This document shows positions 12,751-26,990 of a DNA stretch of 64,000 nucleotides, one piece after another. The DNA comes from Octopus sinensis (taxonomy: Eukaryota). The DNA is taken from the NCBI RefSeq assembly GCF_006345805.1, contig NC_043023.1:17732001-17796000 (forward strand), in the 5' to 3' direction. The position numbers and the translations under genes were made by a program. The notes below the pieces were generated by a model. That model worked only from the letters and a program-made list of their open reading frames with translations, was not told the origin of the DNA and did not search any database. Numbering within the stretch: position 1 is the stretch's first letter; each line of letters begins with the position of its first letter.

Positions 12751-13624
12751 AATGTATATATTATATATATAAACGTCTGCTGTGGTCTGCTATTTCTGGT
12801 TAGATGCCCTTCCAAACATCAATTTACAGCATGGGCTCAGTGCTTTTATCATACTTACCGACTATTCGTTGCGGGGGGGGGGTCAGTTTCAAGTTAGTGG
12901 ATAAGAGAATGAGGTAGGGAAGTGCATATGTTTGATCCTCTTTGGTAATGAATGATCAGGAGATTGCACCTAGAAAGTTCCCCACCAAGGTACGTATCCG
13001 GACAAGTTTGTTTATGGATGACCGGCAGTCACCCATGCATAACAGAATACCCTCTCCATGACAACAAAGTTATCCAATGGCAATTCAAAGACTGATACAG
13101 CTTCGCCCCAGGGATGTCACAACTCATTACAACAACTCAGTGAACTGTAGTAACGTGAAATAAAGTGTCTTGCTCAAGAACTTCAACACACAGCCCGTTC
13201 AATGAATCGATCTCTCTATCTCTTGATTGTGAGCCTGGCGATCTTACCATTGAGTCACGTACTTTCACAAAGCGGAAGGAGAGAGAAAGAGAAAACGAAT
13301 AGTAGGGACTACAAGAGATAGATGATGGTAACGAAGTGACTCGGTAGCCCCATGGGGTAAAATGCAAAGCATTCGATACAGAGACTGTAATTATGTGCCA
13401 AATAAAGTTTGCTCGAGGTATGGCTTTTATTCTAGCATGTAGATAGCCCGATTGAAAACCGTAGAATCGGGAGGTGAGGTTTATTATTTTTCTTTTGAAT
13501 AAATGGCATTTTACAAACAATGACTTTTTCAGAATCATCATCTCCAATCTTTTCTACGTATTTCACAAAAAAGGGAGAGGGGCGAGCTAAATCCGCGCCA
13601 TATACGCATATATATACATATACA

Positions 13625-13688
<64 letters not shown>

Positions 13689-14479
13689 AATAAGAACATA
13701 CACACACTCACACACACACACACACACGCACACACACACACACTTATACATATATAGCCATATATGTTTCTGTTTCTCAAATATTCACCACTTGACATCC
13801 GCTGTTTTTGTTTACATCCATGTAACGTAGCTGTTATATGAAGACAGAACAAACAAATAAGCAGCAATTTGAATAAAGAGAAGCACTACTCGATGTGTGG
13901 TTGACTAAACACTTCAATGCAGTGCTCCAGCATGGTTGCGTTCCGATGTTTAAAAAATGGAGACGATAGGCCGTAAAAAGTACTTTAAATATAAAGCACG
14001 TAAAAAATTGACGAATAGTGTTAAGGGAGGTAACTCACAATTATAGGTCATTTAATTCCCATAAAATATGCCTGTTAATATTAGAGTATATTTCTGCGTG
14101 TGTGCTTTTATGCTGTGTGTACCTGTAATTCTTTGCCTGTGTATGTTTGTGTATGGGATTGTGTGTGTGTGTGTTTGTGAGAGAGGGAGAGGGAGGGAGA
14201 GTGTAAAGCATGGGAGGTTGGAATTATGCAGTAATAAGATCTATAGAACATCCTTACATCGAAGGTTTTAGCAGTTTGCTCTTTACCTTGGATTTCTTTT
14301 ATCCATTGGATTGTGGCCATGCTGGAGCACTGCCTTCAAGTGTTTCTGACAGGTTAACTGGACCTGGTTATTTATTTGTACACTGTCCTTATTCTTCCGT
14401 CCTGTATCGCTGAACAAAGCAACACCGTGTTCGGCTGCGATCGTAGGATAAGCACACACATAAACGTGAACACACACAT

Positions 14480-14528
<49 letters not shown>

Positions 14529-15117
14529 AGAGACTTCACAAGCTCCGAAATAAATGGAACGTTAGGGGTTAACGCCCATCTCTAACCTAAGGTAGACCAA
14601 ATTTTTTGTTCATATTTACACTCAACGTAGGGTGTTTAAAAGTTCGCAGCCTGACGTCGAATTGGAAACAAGGGATTTTCCTCAATGACTCAGGTCCCAT
14701 AATTTGGATGTGGTATTAGTTAGAGAAACCTGGCTGAGAGAAAATACAGGCATTTCTCCCCTCCTAAACTGCCAAATCTCACACAAACTGTTTTTTTGTA
14801 ACATGCATATATACTCTGTATCGAATACCTATGGGGTATTCGTACACAATTGTGCCCCTCAATTTTGCTTCACATACATGCATATATATATATACATATA
14901 TATTGCTTTACTTGTTTCAGTCATTTGACTGTTGCCATGCTGGAGTACCGCATTTGGACAGGCCAACCGACCGCAGTAGTTATTTTTTGTAAGCCTATTA
15001 CTTATTCAATCGCTCTCATTTTGCCGAAACGCTAAGTAACGGGGTCGTAAACACACCAGCATCGGTTATCAAGCGATGTTGTGGGGACAAACACAGGCGC
15101 ACAAACACACAGACACA

Positions 15118-15201
<84 letters not shown>

Positions 15202-15495
15202 GATTTTAATATAAATATGTATTGCAGTATTTATAATAGGTTTAATTTCTATGCATTAATTTGTACTGTCTTCATTAACGGCAATAGGTTTTTCCTCGGC
15301 TTTTTCCTCGGATTTTATAATTTTTATAAGTTTTTTATATATATATATACATATATTTTTGACCTTTTTGTTTATCGCTCGAAGATTGACCGTTTTTTTC
15401 TAAAGGGCCAATCAAACAAGTCCATTTCTTTTTAAAGGTGTAGCGTTTGTAAGAGTATAGATTGAATTAATATATAAGTTCCATTCTAGCAAAAA

Positions 15496-15533
15496 CTGTC
15501 TGATGAACGGCAACGAGAAACTCAGAGTAACAG
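15496..15533 (+). ncRNA. Minimal type I hammerhead ribozyme motif in 5' terminal repeat
   Basis: ctgt-CTGATGA-a-cg(gcaa)cg-a-GAAA-ctcagag-TA-acag: 4-bp stem I, GNRA-capped stem II, near-palindromic stem III, GUA cleavage triplet. Confidence 0.8.
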
Positions 15534-15701
15534 ATTTTGTTGAATTTTCTGCTGCTTAAAATAAAGCATATTACTCTACCACTGGTATTTGAGTACTCTT
15601 TTTCCACCTTGTTTCACATTTATGTGTTTACTCCGGTCTAACGCTCCTTGTAAAAGTTTGAGCGACTCTGCACAAGTAGGAAGAACAAACAGCTGAAAAA
15701 G

Positions 15702-17835
15702 ATGGAACTTTACCCGCTGGATTTTTCTCAGAAAAAATATACCTATCCCTGCACGAAACAATATATCAAAGGTTTTATAGAGAAAACGGAAGAGTTTATT
15801 AGAAGACTGAGATGGAAAGCCTTCTTCTTTGATAATAAACAGAAAATAGAAGGTAACAAATATGGATTTAAATCTCCCAGAATCCCACCACCGATTCCGG
15901 AATTAGAAGCCTTCGAGAAAGACCTTTTCGAGCTTATTAGGAAAATTAAATTCCGCAAATTTACCAACCAATTGCAAAAAAACATGAGAGAAAAAATTAA
16001 GGAGATTAACGACTCGAATAAGATCTTCGTTAATTCTGACAAGACAAGGAACTTATATGCACTTGATAAGGACGTTTATAAACGCCTGATTTCGAATAGT
16101 GTCACGGACACATACAAAAAAGACAACACGAATATATACAAAGAGGTGAACTTAGAAGCAAGAGGAATAGCTAACGATCTTAAGATTAGCGATAGGATTG
16201 AATACCTTTCACCACGACCAGCTTTTATTACTCTGAAAGACCATAAAGACAATTTTAGTAGAAACCCCAAATGTAGATTGATAAATCCGGCTAAAACTGA
16301 GATAGGAATTATTAGCAAAATATTTTAGACCGTATTTTAGTTAAGTTAGATAGTGAAGTAGACTTGAGAATTTGGAAGAATAGTAAGTCAGTTATAGAGT
16401 GGTTTAAAGGTATTAGCTATAAGAATAATTGTAGTTTCACACAATTCGACATTATTGACTTTTACCCGTCGATATCTAGGACGTTGCTCCTAAGGGCATT
16501 GGACTTCGCCAAGCAGTATGTCAACATCGATAGCTCGGAAATTGAAATTATTATGCATGCGAGGAAATCGCTTCTGTTTTTCGAGGATTCCACCTGGATT
16601 AAGAAGACTGAGGATTCTCTTTTCGATGTACCGATGGGGGCATACGACGGGGCTGAATTATGTATGCTCATAGGAGCCTTTATTCTCCATAATCTAAAAA
16701 TAGAATTCCCATTTATAGATGCAGGTCTATATAGGGATGACGGCCTTATAGCCACGCATAATCTAAACGGCCATGAATCAGATAGACTTAGGAAGGACCT
16801 TATAGCTTTCTTTCAAAGGATGGGCTTACGGATTACGATAGATACTAACCTGAATAGTGTAGATTTTTTAGACGTAAATTTTAATGCAAGATCGGATAGA
16901 TTTAAACCTTTCCGTAAGCCCAATGAAAAGCTATCGTATATTAGCAAAGATTCGAACCATCCACCAGTTATCCTTAGCAACTTAGTCAGCAATGTAGGTA
17001 GAAGAATATCTTCAATTTCTTCGGACGAGGCAGCATTCCATAATGCTGCACCTTATTACGATAGCGCATTAAAGAATAGTGGATTCTCGGAGAAGATCCA
17101 GTCAACCAGCTTAATGCTAATAATAATGCTGCACGAAGAACTAGGACCAGGAAAGTTTTGTGGTTCAACCCGGCTTTCAATTTGGCCGTAAAGACTAATA
17201 TAGGTAAGGAATTTTTGAGATTAGTCTCTAAGCATTTTAAGCAGGGTCATAAATTCTACAGAATATTTAATAGAAGAACCCTGAAGGTTAGCTATTCTTG
17301 TTGCAGAAATTTCGCCTCTTACATTAGCCAACATAATAGGAAGCTAATTGAGATTAGACATGGTGCCGAGCCCATTAAGAAATGTAATTTCAAAAACGAA
17401 AGCTCCTGTCCGTTAGAAGGGAAATGTCTAGTGAAAGGAGTAGTTTATAGAGCCAAGGTGCAAGTGGAAGGCTCATCGGAATACAAGACATACACAGGGG
17501 CTTCAGAAAATTCATTTAAAACAAGATTTTATTCTCATAAGAATTCTTTTAAATACCCAGAGAATAGGAAGAAAATCAGCCTAGCAAAATATGTCTGGGA
17601 ACTAAAAGAAAAGGAAGCCCCACCTTTCAACGTGACATGGAGCATTCTGGACAGGGCGGCACCATACAGGCATGGAGCTTACAAATATAATTTCAAGTGC
17701 AGGCTTTGCTTATTAGAGAAAATGCACATATTATTCAAAGACAATAATTCTTTGAATCAAAGAAGTGAGTTAATGAACTTATGTAGGCACGCGGCTAAAT
17801 TTAAAATGTCGAATATAAATATACCATATGGATAG
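15702..17835 (+). pseudogene. Penelope-like RT/GIY-YIG polyprotein, frameshifted
   Basis: Motifs RRLRWKAFFF, FDIIDFYPSI, PMGAYDGAELC, LYRDDGL (YRDD at 16730-16741) and DFLDV. C-terminal CPLEGKC...VVYRAKV...YTGASENSFKTRFYSH...CRLC...CRH. Single-base frameshifts near 16325 and 17101. Confidence 0.9.
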
Positions 17836-18843
17836 AGTATATATTTTGTATTTTGATTTTGATTTTGATTTTGACTCTTGAGCGCTACGACGGATCTATA
17901 GCAAAGTCTTATTGTTTCTACATATATATTAGGAAAACCTACAAACTTTGTTTTCATGTTATTGTATTGCATAAGATTACCTTGATTATTTATATTACCT
18001 TGATTATTTATAAATGACCCAAAATAGGATGTTATATTTTATTTTATATGTCTTTCGTATATATTTTTATTAATGCACCCATTTTTTAAAAGCAATGTTT
18101 TTTTTTTAAAAAAGCAATGTTGTCAAATTTAGAATGTTTATATAAGTTTGTGTATAGCAAAGCATATGTATTTGTAAGCATGCGTATCTGTGTATGTGTA
18201 AGTGAAAGTATGCTTGTGCTTAAGCACGCATACACACGACGGTATGTATATGTATCAATTCAAACTTGTGTATGTATACTGGCCTCTATAGATGCCAATA
18301 ATATCGCTACAAGTTTTTTCCCCACCCCTCCTTCGTTCCTTTTTCTCTCTTTCCCTTTCTTTCGTTCCCCCTCCTTGCTCAGTATATGAGAATTGCTACA
18401 TAGATGAATTTTAGCTTGCGTGCGAGACGGTTTGCGTGAATATATGTACACATGCTTTTATGTGTATAATTTAGATTCATATTCATACGTCTGTATATGT
18501 ATGTATGGCGTTACGCGCATCCTTTTGTGTATGTTGATTTATATATGTGGATTTTAATATAAATATGTATTGCAGTATTTATAACAGGTTTAATTTCTAT
18601 GCATTAATTTGTACTGTCTTCATTAACGGCAATAGGTTTTTTCCTCGGTTTTTTCCTCGGATTTTATAATTTTTATAAGTTTTTTTTATATATATATACA
18701 TATATTTTTGACCTTTTTGTTATCGCTCGAAGATTGACCGTTTTTTTCTAAAGGGCCAATCAAACAAGTCCATTTCTTTTTAAAGGTGTAGCGTTTGTAA
18801 GAGTATAGATTGAATTAATATATAAGTTCCATTCTAGCAAAAA

Positions 18844-18881
18844 CTGTCTGATGAACGGCAACGAGAAACTCAGAGTAACAG
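18844..18881 (+). ncRNA. Minimal type I hammerhead ribozyme motif in 3' terminal repeat
   Basis: Same sequence as the motif at 15496-15533. Confidence 0.8.
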
Positions 18882-18913
18882 ATTTTGTTGAATTTTCTGC
18901 TGCTTAAAATAAA

Positions 18914-18990
<77 letters not shown>

Positions 18991-19894
18991 AATGTCTGCT
19001 TTGGTCTGCTATTTCTGGTTAGATGCCCTTCCAAACATCAACCATTTTGCAGCATGGGCTCGGTGCTTTTTATCATACTCCCCGACAATTCAGGTTGCCA
19101 TGCAGGTCGCATAACTGAAAATCCTGTTGGAGGGGTGGGGTCAGTTTCATGCTCGTGGATAAGGGAATGATTTAAGAGGTAGGGTAGTGCATGTTTTTGT
19201 AGATCCTGTTTGGTAATGAATGACCAAGAGATGACACCTAGAAGGTTCCCCAACAAGGTACATATCCGGGCAAATTTGTTTATGGATGTCCGGCGGTCAC
19301 CCATGCATAACAGAATATCCTCTCCATGCCAACAAAGTTATCCAATGGCAAGTCAAAGACTGATACAGCTTCGGCGCAGTGATGATGCAACTCATTTCAA
19401 CAGCTGAGTGAACTGGAGTACGTGAAATAAAGTGTCTTGCTCAATTACTTCAACACACAGTCCGTTCCATGAATCGAACTCATTATCTCGCGATTGTGAT
19501 ACTGACGATATCACCACTGAGCCATGCACTTCCACAGAACGGAAGGAGAAAGAAAGAGAAAATGAAAAGAAGGAACTACAAGAGATAGATGATGGTAACG
19601 AAGTGACTCGGTGGCCCCATGGGGGTAAAATGCAAATCATTCGATACAGGGTCTGTAATTATGTGCCCCAAAAAGTTTGCGTGAGGTATGGCTTTTATTT
19701 CTAGCATGTAGATAGCCTGGTTGAAAACCGTAGACTCGGGATGCGAGGGCTTCTTTTTCTTTTGAATAAATGGCATTTTACAAACAATGACTTTTTTTAG
19801 AATCATTATCTCCAAACTTTTCTACGTATTTTACAAAAAAGTGGGAAGGGTGAGTTAAATCTGCGCCATATACGCCTATACATACATACATACA

Positions 19895-19972
<78 letters not shown>

Positions 19973-20850
19973 TATACATTTATAGTCTTGATTGTCATCA
20001 TCAACAGAGTAAATAACATCATCATCATTGTCATCATCATCTAACATCCATGTTCCTTTCTGGCATGGGCTGGACACGATCCAAGGACTGCACTGCGCTC
20101 AAATGTCTGCTTTGGTCTCCTAATTCTGGTTAGATTCCCTTCCTAACATCAACCAATTCACAGCATGGGCTCGGTGCTTTTATCATACTACCCGCTATTG
20201 AGGTTGCCATCACAATCTGCTTCAACCCCCACCCCTCCCGATTCTACGGGCTTCAAACAGGATATCCACATGCTAGAAAAAGCACCCAAATCACACCCAA
20301 ACTGTATTTTGGCTCATACGTACACAATCTGTATCGAATGCCTATGGGTTATTCCTACACAAATATGACCCTCGATTTTGCCTCCTTTTAGCTGGAAGAA
20401 AGGTTCATATCTTTAGTAAAATTTTTGATATATGGTGTACATGCTGATTATATTGGAATTCTTTTAGAAAAAGTTTTTCCTAGAGGTGGGGAGAATTTCA
20501 AAAAATTCCAATATCGGCATTTTTTGGACGAAGAAAGCTTTGATGAAATAATGAAAGAAATATGCAATCAATCTACTAATCTACTGCCACACCCACCCAT
20601 CCACACACATGCATATATACTCTTCACTCTGTACTGTTTTACTTGTTTTAGGGCATTTGATTGTGACCATGCTGGAACACCGCCTTTAGGCAGGCAAATC
20701 GATCCAGGGCTTATTTTTTTGTAAGCCTATTACTTATTCAATCACCCTCATTTTCCCGAACCGCTAGGTTACGGGGTCGTAAAGACACCAGCATCGTTTG
20801 TCAAGCGATGTTGTGGGGACAAACAGAGACACACAAACATATACACACAC

Positions 20851-20881
<31 letters not shown>

Positions 20882-20969
20882 TGTATGTATGTATGTATGT
20901 ATGTATGTATGTATGTATGTATCTATGTATGCATTCATGTAAGTATGTATGTATGTATGTATATATGTA

Positions 20970-23900
20970 GGAAGGAGGAACTCTTGAGAGTCAACAGCCA
21001 TCCAATAAATGTTTAATCTTTTATTTTTCTGTGTTTCTTTTTTTTCTTAATGCTTAAGGCTGTAACATACGCGGGGACATAGAAATAACCGGACTGAATA
21101 CCCGATCGCGCGGTTAAACCATTGGGAGTGAAGGACTCCTAGTCTTTGTTAGGGCATCCTTCTAGGAGAAGGTAACTCAGGTAAATGGGATAACTCCGAC
21201 ATAAAACCTGCGGCTCAGTGGTTACCGATGATGTTGACTTGTTCTTCTTTTCGGATTATGGCTTCTGTTGCTTAGTGTGTGGGATTGCCTCAGTGCACAG
21301 TCTTTCCTCACTTTGAAAATATCTTTGTGCACAGGCATTGCACGATAACAACATTGGATTTATTAAAGTGATTAACTAATTCATGATTGTTGATAGTGCT
21401 GTGAGTCTCAACTGAATGGCTGGCTGTAGCCTTAAAAAGCAAAAATCAATGATGTACCAAAACAGTATAAAAATAAATGGCAGTAAGGACTCTGGAACCA
21501 CATCAGCTGAAGGAGTCTGGCCCGGCAGGGGTTCCGGAGCATCACAGCCTGAACCCGGCCGTCATCATGCTACTCTGATAGAACCAAAGAAAATAATGGA
21601 TATTGGTTGTTGGAATGTACGGACACTGCTTGACCATAAGTCCTCTGAATGTCCTGAAAGAAGGACTGCGCTTGTTGCGAAGGAGGTTCAACGCTATGAT
21701 CTTGACATCGTTGCTTTATCTGAGACGAGATTACCTGGAGATGGTCATCTTACAGAATCTTGTGGAAAATATACATTCTCTTGGAAAGGGAGAGATGAAA
21801 AGTTTAGAGGAGAAGCTGGAGAGGCATTTGCTGTTAAGACTACTCTTGTGGTCAAGTTGGAAGAATTCCCAATCGAAATTAACGAGCGTCTTATGTCCAT
21901 GAGAATCCCTTTGGCTAAAGAAAATTATATGACATTGGTGAGTTTGTAAGCTCCAACTATGTGCTATACAGATGACGAAAAACTTTCTTTCTACCATGCT
22001 TTGAAGGGCATTATAAGAAATATCCCTCGGGCAGACAAAGTCATCGTACTGGGTGACTTTAATGCTAGAGTGGGTAGGGATTTTAATACATTGAGTGTAA
22101 TTGCAAAGCATGGGGTGGGGAAGTGCAATAGTAATGGCATTCTTTTGCTGCAGATGTGTGAGGAGCTGAGTCTGTGTGTTACCAATACCATGTTTTGACC
22201 AAAGAATAAGCTTAGGACTACATGGATGCACCCTGCATCTAAAGAACGGCATATTCTGGATTACATCCTAGTTAGGGTGCGTGACAGACAGGATGTGCAG
22301 TGTGATCGTGTTCTTCGTGGAGCTGAGTGTTGGACTGACCACCGCCTAGTACGTGCAACAGTGAAATTATTCATAAAACATAAAATCCGAGCTGCAGGGA
22401 TGACCCTTCCTAAAAGACTGAATGTTGGTATAATAGTGTGAAGAGAACTTTACGAGAGGAAATGAATGCTGCAGATATTGGGGAGGATTGGCTGAACCTT
22501 AAAAAGTCAGTTTATGATATAGGCAGGAAAGTTCTGGGATTGATACAAAGAAAGCATCAAGATTGGTTCAAAGAAAATGATGAACATATAGATGATTTAT
22601 TGGCTGATAAAAGACGTACTTTGTCACGCTATTTGTCAGCAAAGTCACAGGAAAGGGAAGTGTTGCATAGGGAACTCAAAGACGTAAAATTACGTGTGAG
22701 GCAAAGGCTCTCTCAGATGAGGGATACGTGGTGGAGTAAGAAGGCTGACGAGATACAGGCGGCATCAGATTCCAATAACACAAAGCTGTGGTATAGTCTC
22801 TTGCGAGAAGTTTATGGACCGACGTCTTCCCTGATGACACCAATTCGAAGCAGGGATAGTAAAGAACTTCTTCGTGATTCACAAGGAATTCTGCGAAGGA
22901 ATTCTGCGAAGGTGGCAAGAACACTTTGATGAACTTTTGAATCAGCAGTCTGTAGTTAGTGAGGATGTTCTCAATCTCATCACTGGATTGCCTGTGAAGG
23001 CAGCACTCGCAGAACCACCAAAGTTGGAAGAAGTTGCAATGGCTGTCTCAAGGTTGAATAATGGGAAGTCTTCGGGTATGGATGGCATACATGCGGAGTT
23101 GTTACAGCATGGTGGTGAGAAAATTTTGCAGAAACTTCACTCTTTGTTTGGTAAGGTATGGACTAGTGAATTTGTACCTGAGGACCGGAGAGATGCAGTG
23201 ATGGTGGTCCTGTATAAGTGAAAGGGCAACAGGAATGATTGTGGTAATTATAGGGGAGTATCATTGCTGTCTGCTGTAGGAAAGGTTTTATGCAAGATAC
23301 TTCTGGATCGTCTGCTGAAATACATTGCAGATTGTGTTCTTGCAGAAAATCAATCTGGCTTTCGTATGGGACGTGGCACTGCTGATATGATCTTTTCAGC
23401 TAGACAGCTTCAGGAAAAGTGTGTGGAACAGGGTCTGGATTTGTATCAGGTTTTTGTCGATCTGATAAAAGCCTTTGATACCGTCAATAGAAAAGCATTG
23501 TGGAAAGTCCTCCAGAAACTTGGGTGTCCTGAAAAGTTCCTTGCTTTGGTTAGGTCTTTTCATGAAGATATGAATGGTAGGGTGAATGTTAGAGGGAAGA
23601 TGTCGGAGCCCATTTCAATACAAAATGGAGTGAAACTGGGGAATATTCTGGCATTGACCCTATTTTCCATATATTTCGCGATGGTGTTCTGTATTGCATT
23701 CAGAAACTGCAGATACGGTGTTTACGTCCATTATCGAAACTCTGGCAGCATGTTTAGTATCAGGCGCCTTGCTGCAAAGACAAAGATATTTACCTCTGTC
23801 ATAAGAGACATTTTGTATGCTGATGATTGTGAGCTGGTAGCACACACAGAGATTGATATGCAACACATTTTGAATGCATTCTCTGATGCTTGCACTGCCT

Positions 23901-25058
23901 TAGGATTGACAGTCAATCTCAAGAAAACTGTTGTCATGCATCAACCTGCCCCTGGTAAGCAGTATAGTGTACCAAATATCTATGTGAATGGTAAACGACT
24001 TGATGTAGTCGATCAGTTTGTCTACCTGAGAAGCACTATTAATAGATATGGCAATGTGGATGATGAAATTCAATATAGAATTAGGAAAGCAAGTGTTGCT
24101 TTCGGAAGGCTAGAAAAGCGCCCCTGGAGTCCGCGATACATATGCAGAAAGACAAAGATAAAGGTGTACAAGGCATGTGTCCTTCTTTCTCTTCTCTATG
24201 CCTGCGAGACGTGGGTCATATATGGAGACCACCTTAAACAACTGGAACGTTTCCATCAGATGTGCCTCAGACAGATCTATGGCATTAAGTGGAAGAACCG
24301 CATCAGTGATCTTGAACTATTGGAAGTATAGAAGTATAGAAGCTCTTGTGTTAAAGCAAAGGCTCAGATGGAGTGGTCATCTGGTCAGAATGAAGGATTC
24401 AAGGATGCCAAAACAACGCTTTTATGGAGAGTTAGCTAAAGGAGAACGACCTCCACATAAACCAAAAAAGAGGTATAAGTACTTGCTGAAGGCTTCCTTA
24501 AGAGATGCTTGCATCTCTCATGACACATGGGAAGGCATAGCTATTGATCGTAGCAGGTGGAGAAGGATTGTGAATGAGAGGGCAGCCACATTTGAAAAAT
24601 TTCGAGTTGCACATGAGAAAGTAAGGAGGGATGTCAGGAAGGGCATTGCTGTTACACTTCCATAAGGGAAGGATCTTCCTTTGATTCTGACATGCAATGT
24701 CTGAGCAAGACCCTGCCTCAGTAAAGCTGGACTCATGAGTCATCTTCGTAGTCATAAAACGAGACAGATAAGTGACAACCTGGCTACCGGTGGTGTTGTA
24801 ACACACCATAATAATCATATCTGTCGGGCATGTGGAAGAGGGTGTAATTCGGCAGGAGTGCTTAAACGAGATGCAAAGGTACATGAAGCCCAGTTACAAC
24901 TACAGCCGGCTATTACCAGTAAAGGTTTTAGTTGCCAATTTTGTACAATACATTGTAGATCTTTAGCTGGGCTAAAAAGTCACATTCGATCACAGCACCA
25001 GTAACAGTTAAGATTCGTGCAATAGCCAAAATCGATAACGAGGGGGTAGCCATAATAA
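20970..25058 (+). mobile_element. RTE-clade LINE, apparently full length, inactivated
   Basis: 5' UTR includes gggcatccttctaggagaaggtaactc. APE: IGCWNVRTL...DIVALSETRL, IVLGDFNARVG, WTDHRLV. RT: ENQSGFR, FVDLIKAFDTV, YADD at 23816-23827. 3' end ...tagccataataat. Sits in a (TATG)n tract with a possible ~22-bp target duplication tatgtatgtatgtatatatgta. Confidence 0.93.
21416..25004 (+). pseudogene. RTE ORF (APE-RT-C2H2 fingers) with stops and frameshifts
   Basis: In-frame stops at 21947, 22196, 23219 and 24702; a 13-bp duplication near 22886-22912; frameshifts near 22430, 24325 and 24660. Confidence 0.9.
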
Positions 25059-25093
25059 TGTATGTATGTATGTATATATGTATATATGTATGC

Positions 25094-25152
<59 letters not shown>

Positions 25153-25163
25153 AATATATATAT

Positions 25164-25300
<137 letters not shown>

Positions 25301-25421
25301 GATATCACCGTGATCACCGTGACCGACCTGGCTATCAGATGTTGCTACACATCGCTGGTCACAACGCGCTTCGCATTGTTTTAGCCTTCAAATGACGCCA
25401 CCCCGCTGGCTACGCGAGCAG

Positions 25422-25453
<32 letters not shown>

Positions 25454-25456
<3 letters not shown>

Positions 25457-26530
25457 TCTTACAATACTGTGACTGGTTGCTGAAACAGCTGCTCAACCAC
25501 TCAAATGTGGAAGTGTTATATCTCGACGTTGCACAGGCCGTTGATAAAGTTTTATCATGGAATGATATGTCACAATGTGCGTCATTTTGGCATGGTTGGA
25601 AAATTGGGAGAATGGCTTCATGAATTTCTGAAGGATAGAAATCAGGTAGCCAATGGGGCCACCTCAAATGACTCGCAAATAGTGAGCGCTATTTCGCAAA
25701 GCACTATTTTCGGACAACTACTGTTCATAATTGCCCTCTGAGACATGCCCTCAGCCACACAGAGAGCCACGATCACAAATTATGCAGATGATGCAAAAGT
25801 TTCACATGTAATACAGAACCCTAAAGACGCTATGCACCTACAATGTGCGCTGGATGAAATATAGCAAATGGGCCGAAAAGAATAGCATACTGTTTAATGC
25901 TGAAAAATTTAAAGCTTTGTTCTATCAGCATGCAAATCTAAATGCAGTACCCAGTAAATACACTGGACCTGGAGGGATTGCAATCCCAGAGGCACAATCA
26001 GTGTGAGTCCTGGGCATTTACATGAGTAATGATGCAACCTTTCATGTGCATGTTGCTAAATTGGCAATGGAATGTAGGCGGCTGACCGGATGCATTCTTA
26101 GAACGTTTAGAACAAGAGACCAGGAAACCATGATGGTCCTCTAGAGGACACTTGTCCTAACCCACTTTGACAATTTCTCTCAGCTATGGTCACCAACCAG
26201 TGTCAAATTAATCGCAGAACGTGAGACAATACAACGAAGCTACACGAAGAAAATAGCCTCTATGCAGTATATAAGCTATTGGAAAAGACTCAAGAGATTA
26301 AGACTCTATTCTGTAGAGCGTATGCGAGAAAGATATGCCCTAATATACATCTGGAAGATCCTGGAAAGACTTGTCAAAAGCTTTGGCATCCAGAGTTAAA
26401 CAAATACTAGAACTGGGCGCCACTGCATAGTGTCAATGACTCCAAACTTGCCATCAAGATGTAGGAAAATATACTGCAGTGGCCTGGGCTTTAGAGATCC
26501 ACAGCTCTTCAATATCCTCCCGATGGACCT
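25454..26530 (+). mobile_element. CR1/L2-like LINE RT fragment
   Basis: Paralogous to 10911-11975; YADD at 25781-25792. Confidence 0.88.
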
Positions 26531-26990
26531 GAGGATTGGACGGTTCGACCGGGGTCTGGGAAGCCAGGGACTGCACCAGGCTCCAGTCTGATCTGGCAGT
26601 GTTTCTACAGCTGGATGCCCTTCCTAACGCCAACCACTCCGCGAGTGTAGTGGGTGCTTTTTAAGTGCCACCTGCACAGGTGCCAGGGGAGTGCGGCATC
26701 GGCCACGATCGGTCGGTGCTTTTAACGTTCCACCGGCACGGAAGCCAGCCAAGGCGGTGCTGGCATCGGCCACGTTCGGATGGTGCTGTTTATGTGCCAC
26801 CGGCACAGAAGCCAGTCGAGGTGGTGCTGGCAACGGCCACGTTCGGATGGTGCTTTTTATGTGCCACCGGCACAGGTATCACAACTACTATTTCCATTGA
26901 TATTTATTTCAATGTTCATGTACTTCACTCAACAGGTCTCCTCAAGCACAGCGGGATGTTCTGGAATCCAAGGTACTTTGAATGGGCAGG
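26530..26990 (+). mobile_element. SINE-like element with internal 67-bp tandem repeat (26665-26876)
   Basis: ctacagctggatgcccttcctaacgccaacc followed by gtgccaccggcac...ggtgctttttat units starting at 26665, 26727, 26794 and 26861. Confidence 0.7.

Larger units (their letters stand above)
15199..18914 (+). mobile_element. Penelope-like retroelement (Naiad-type: RT plus C-terminal GIY-YIG), near intact, with direct terminal repeats
   Basis: Direct repeats of ~368 bp at 15199-15566 and 18547-18914, flanked by (TA)n on both sides. One long ORF split by frameshifts (15702-16328, ~16325-17100, ~17100-17835). Confidence 0.92.

Noticed and set aside
15702-17835. Selenoprotein-encoding Naiad (in-frame UGA read as Sec)
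   Set aside because: Some Naiads are reported to use UGA-Sec, but here the Cys positions I checked (SYSCC, CPLEGKC, CRLC) are ordinary TGT/TGC and the ORF breaks are frameshifts.
20970-21250. HDV-like ribozyme in the RTE 5' UTR
   Set aside because: Such ribozymes are known in some RTEs, but I could not assemble a convincing nested double pseudoknot by eye. An Infernal/RNArobo search would settle it.
24702-24704. TGA at a zinc-finger Cys of the RTE read as selenocysteine
   Set aside because: The element has several other stops and frameshifts, so a simple nonsense mutation is the economical explanation.
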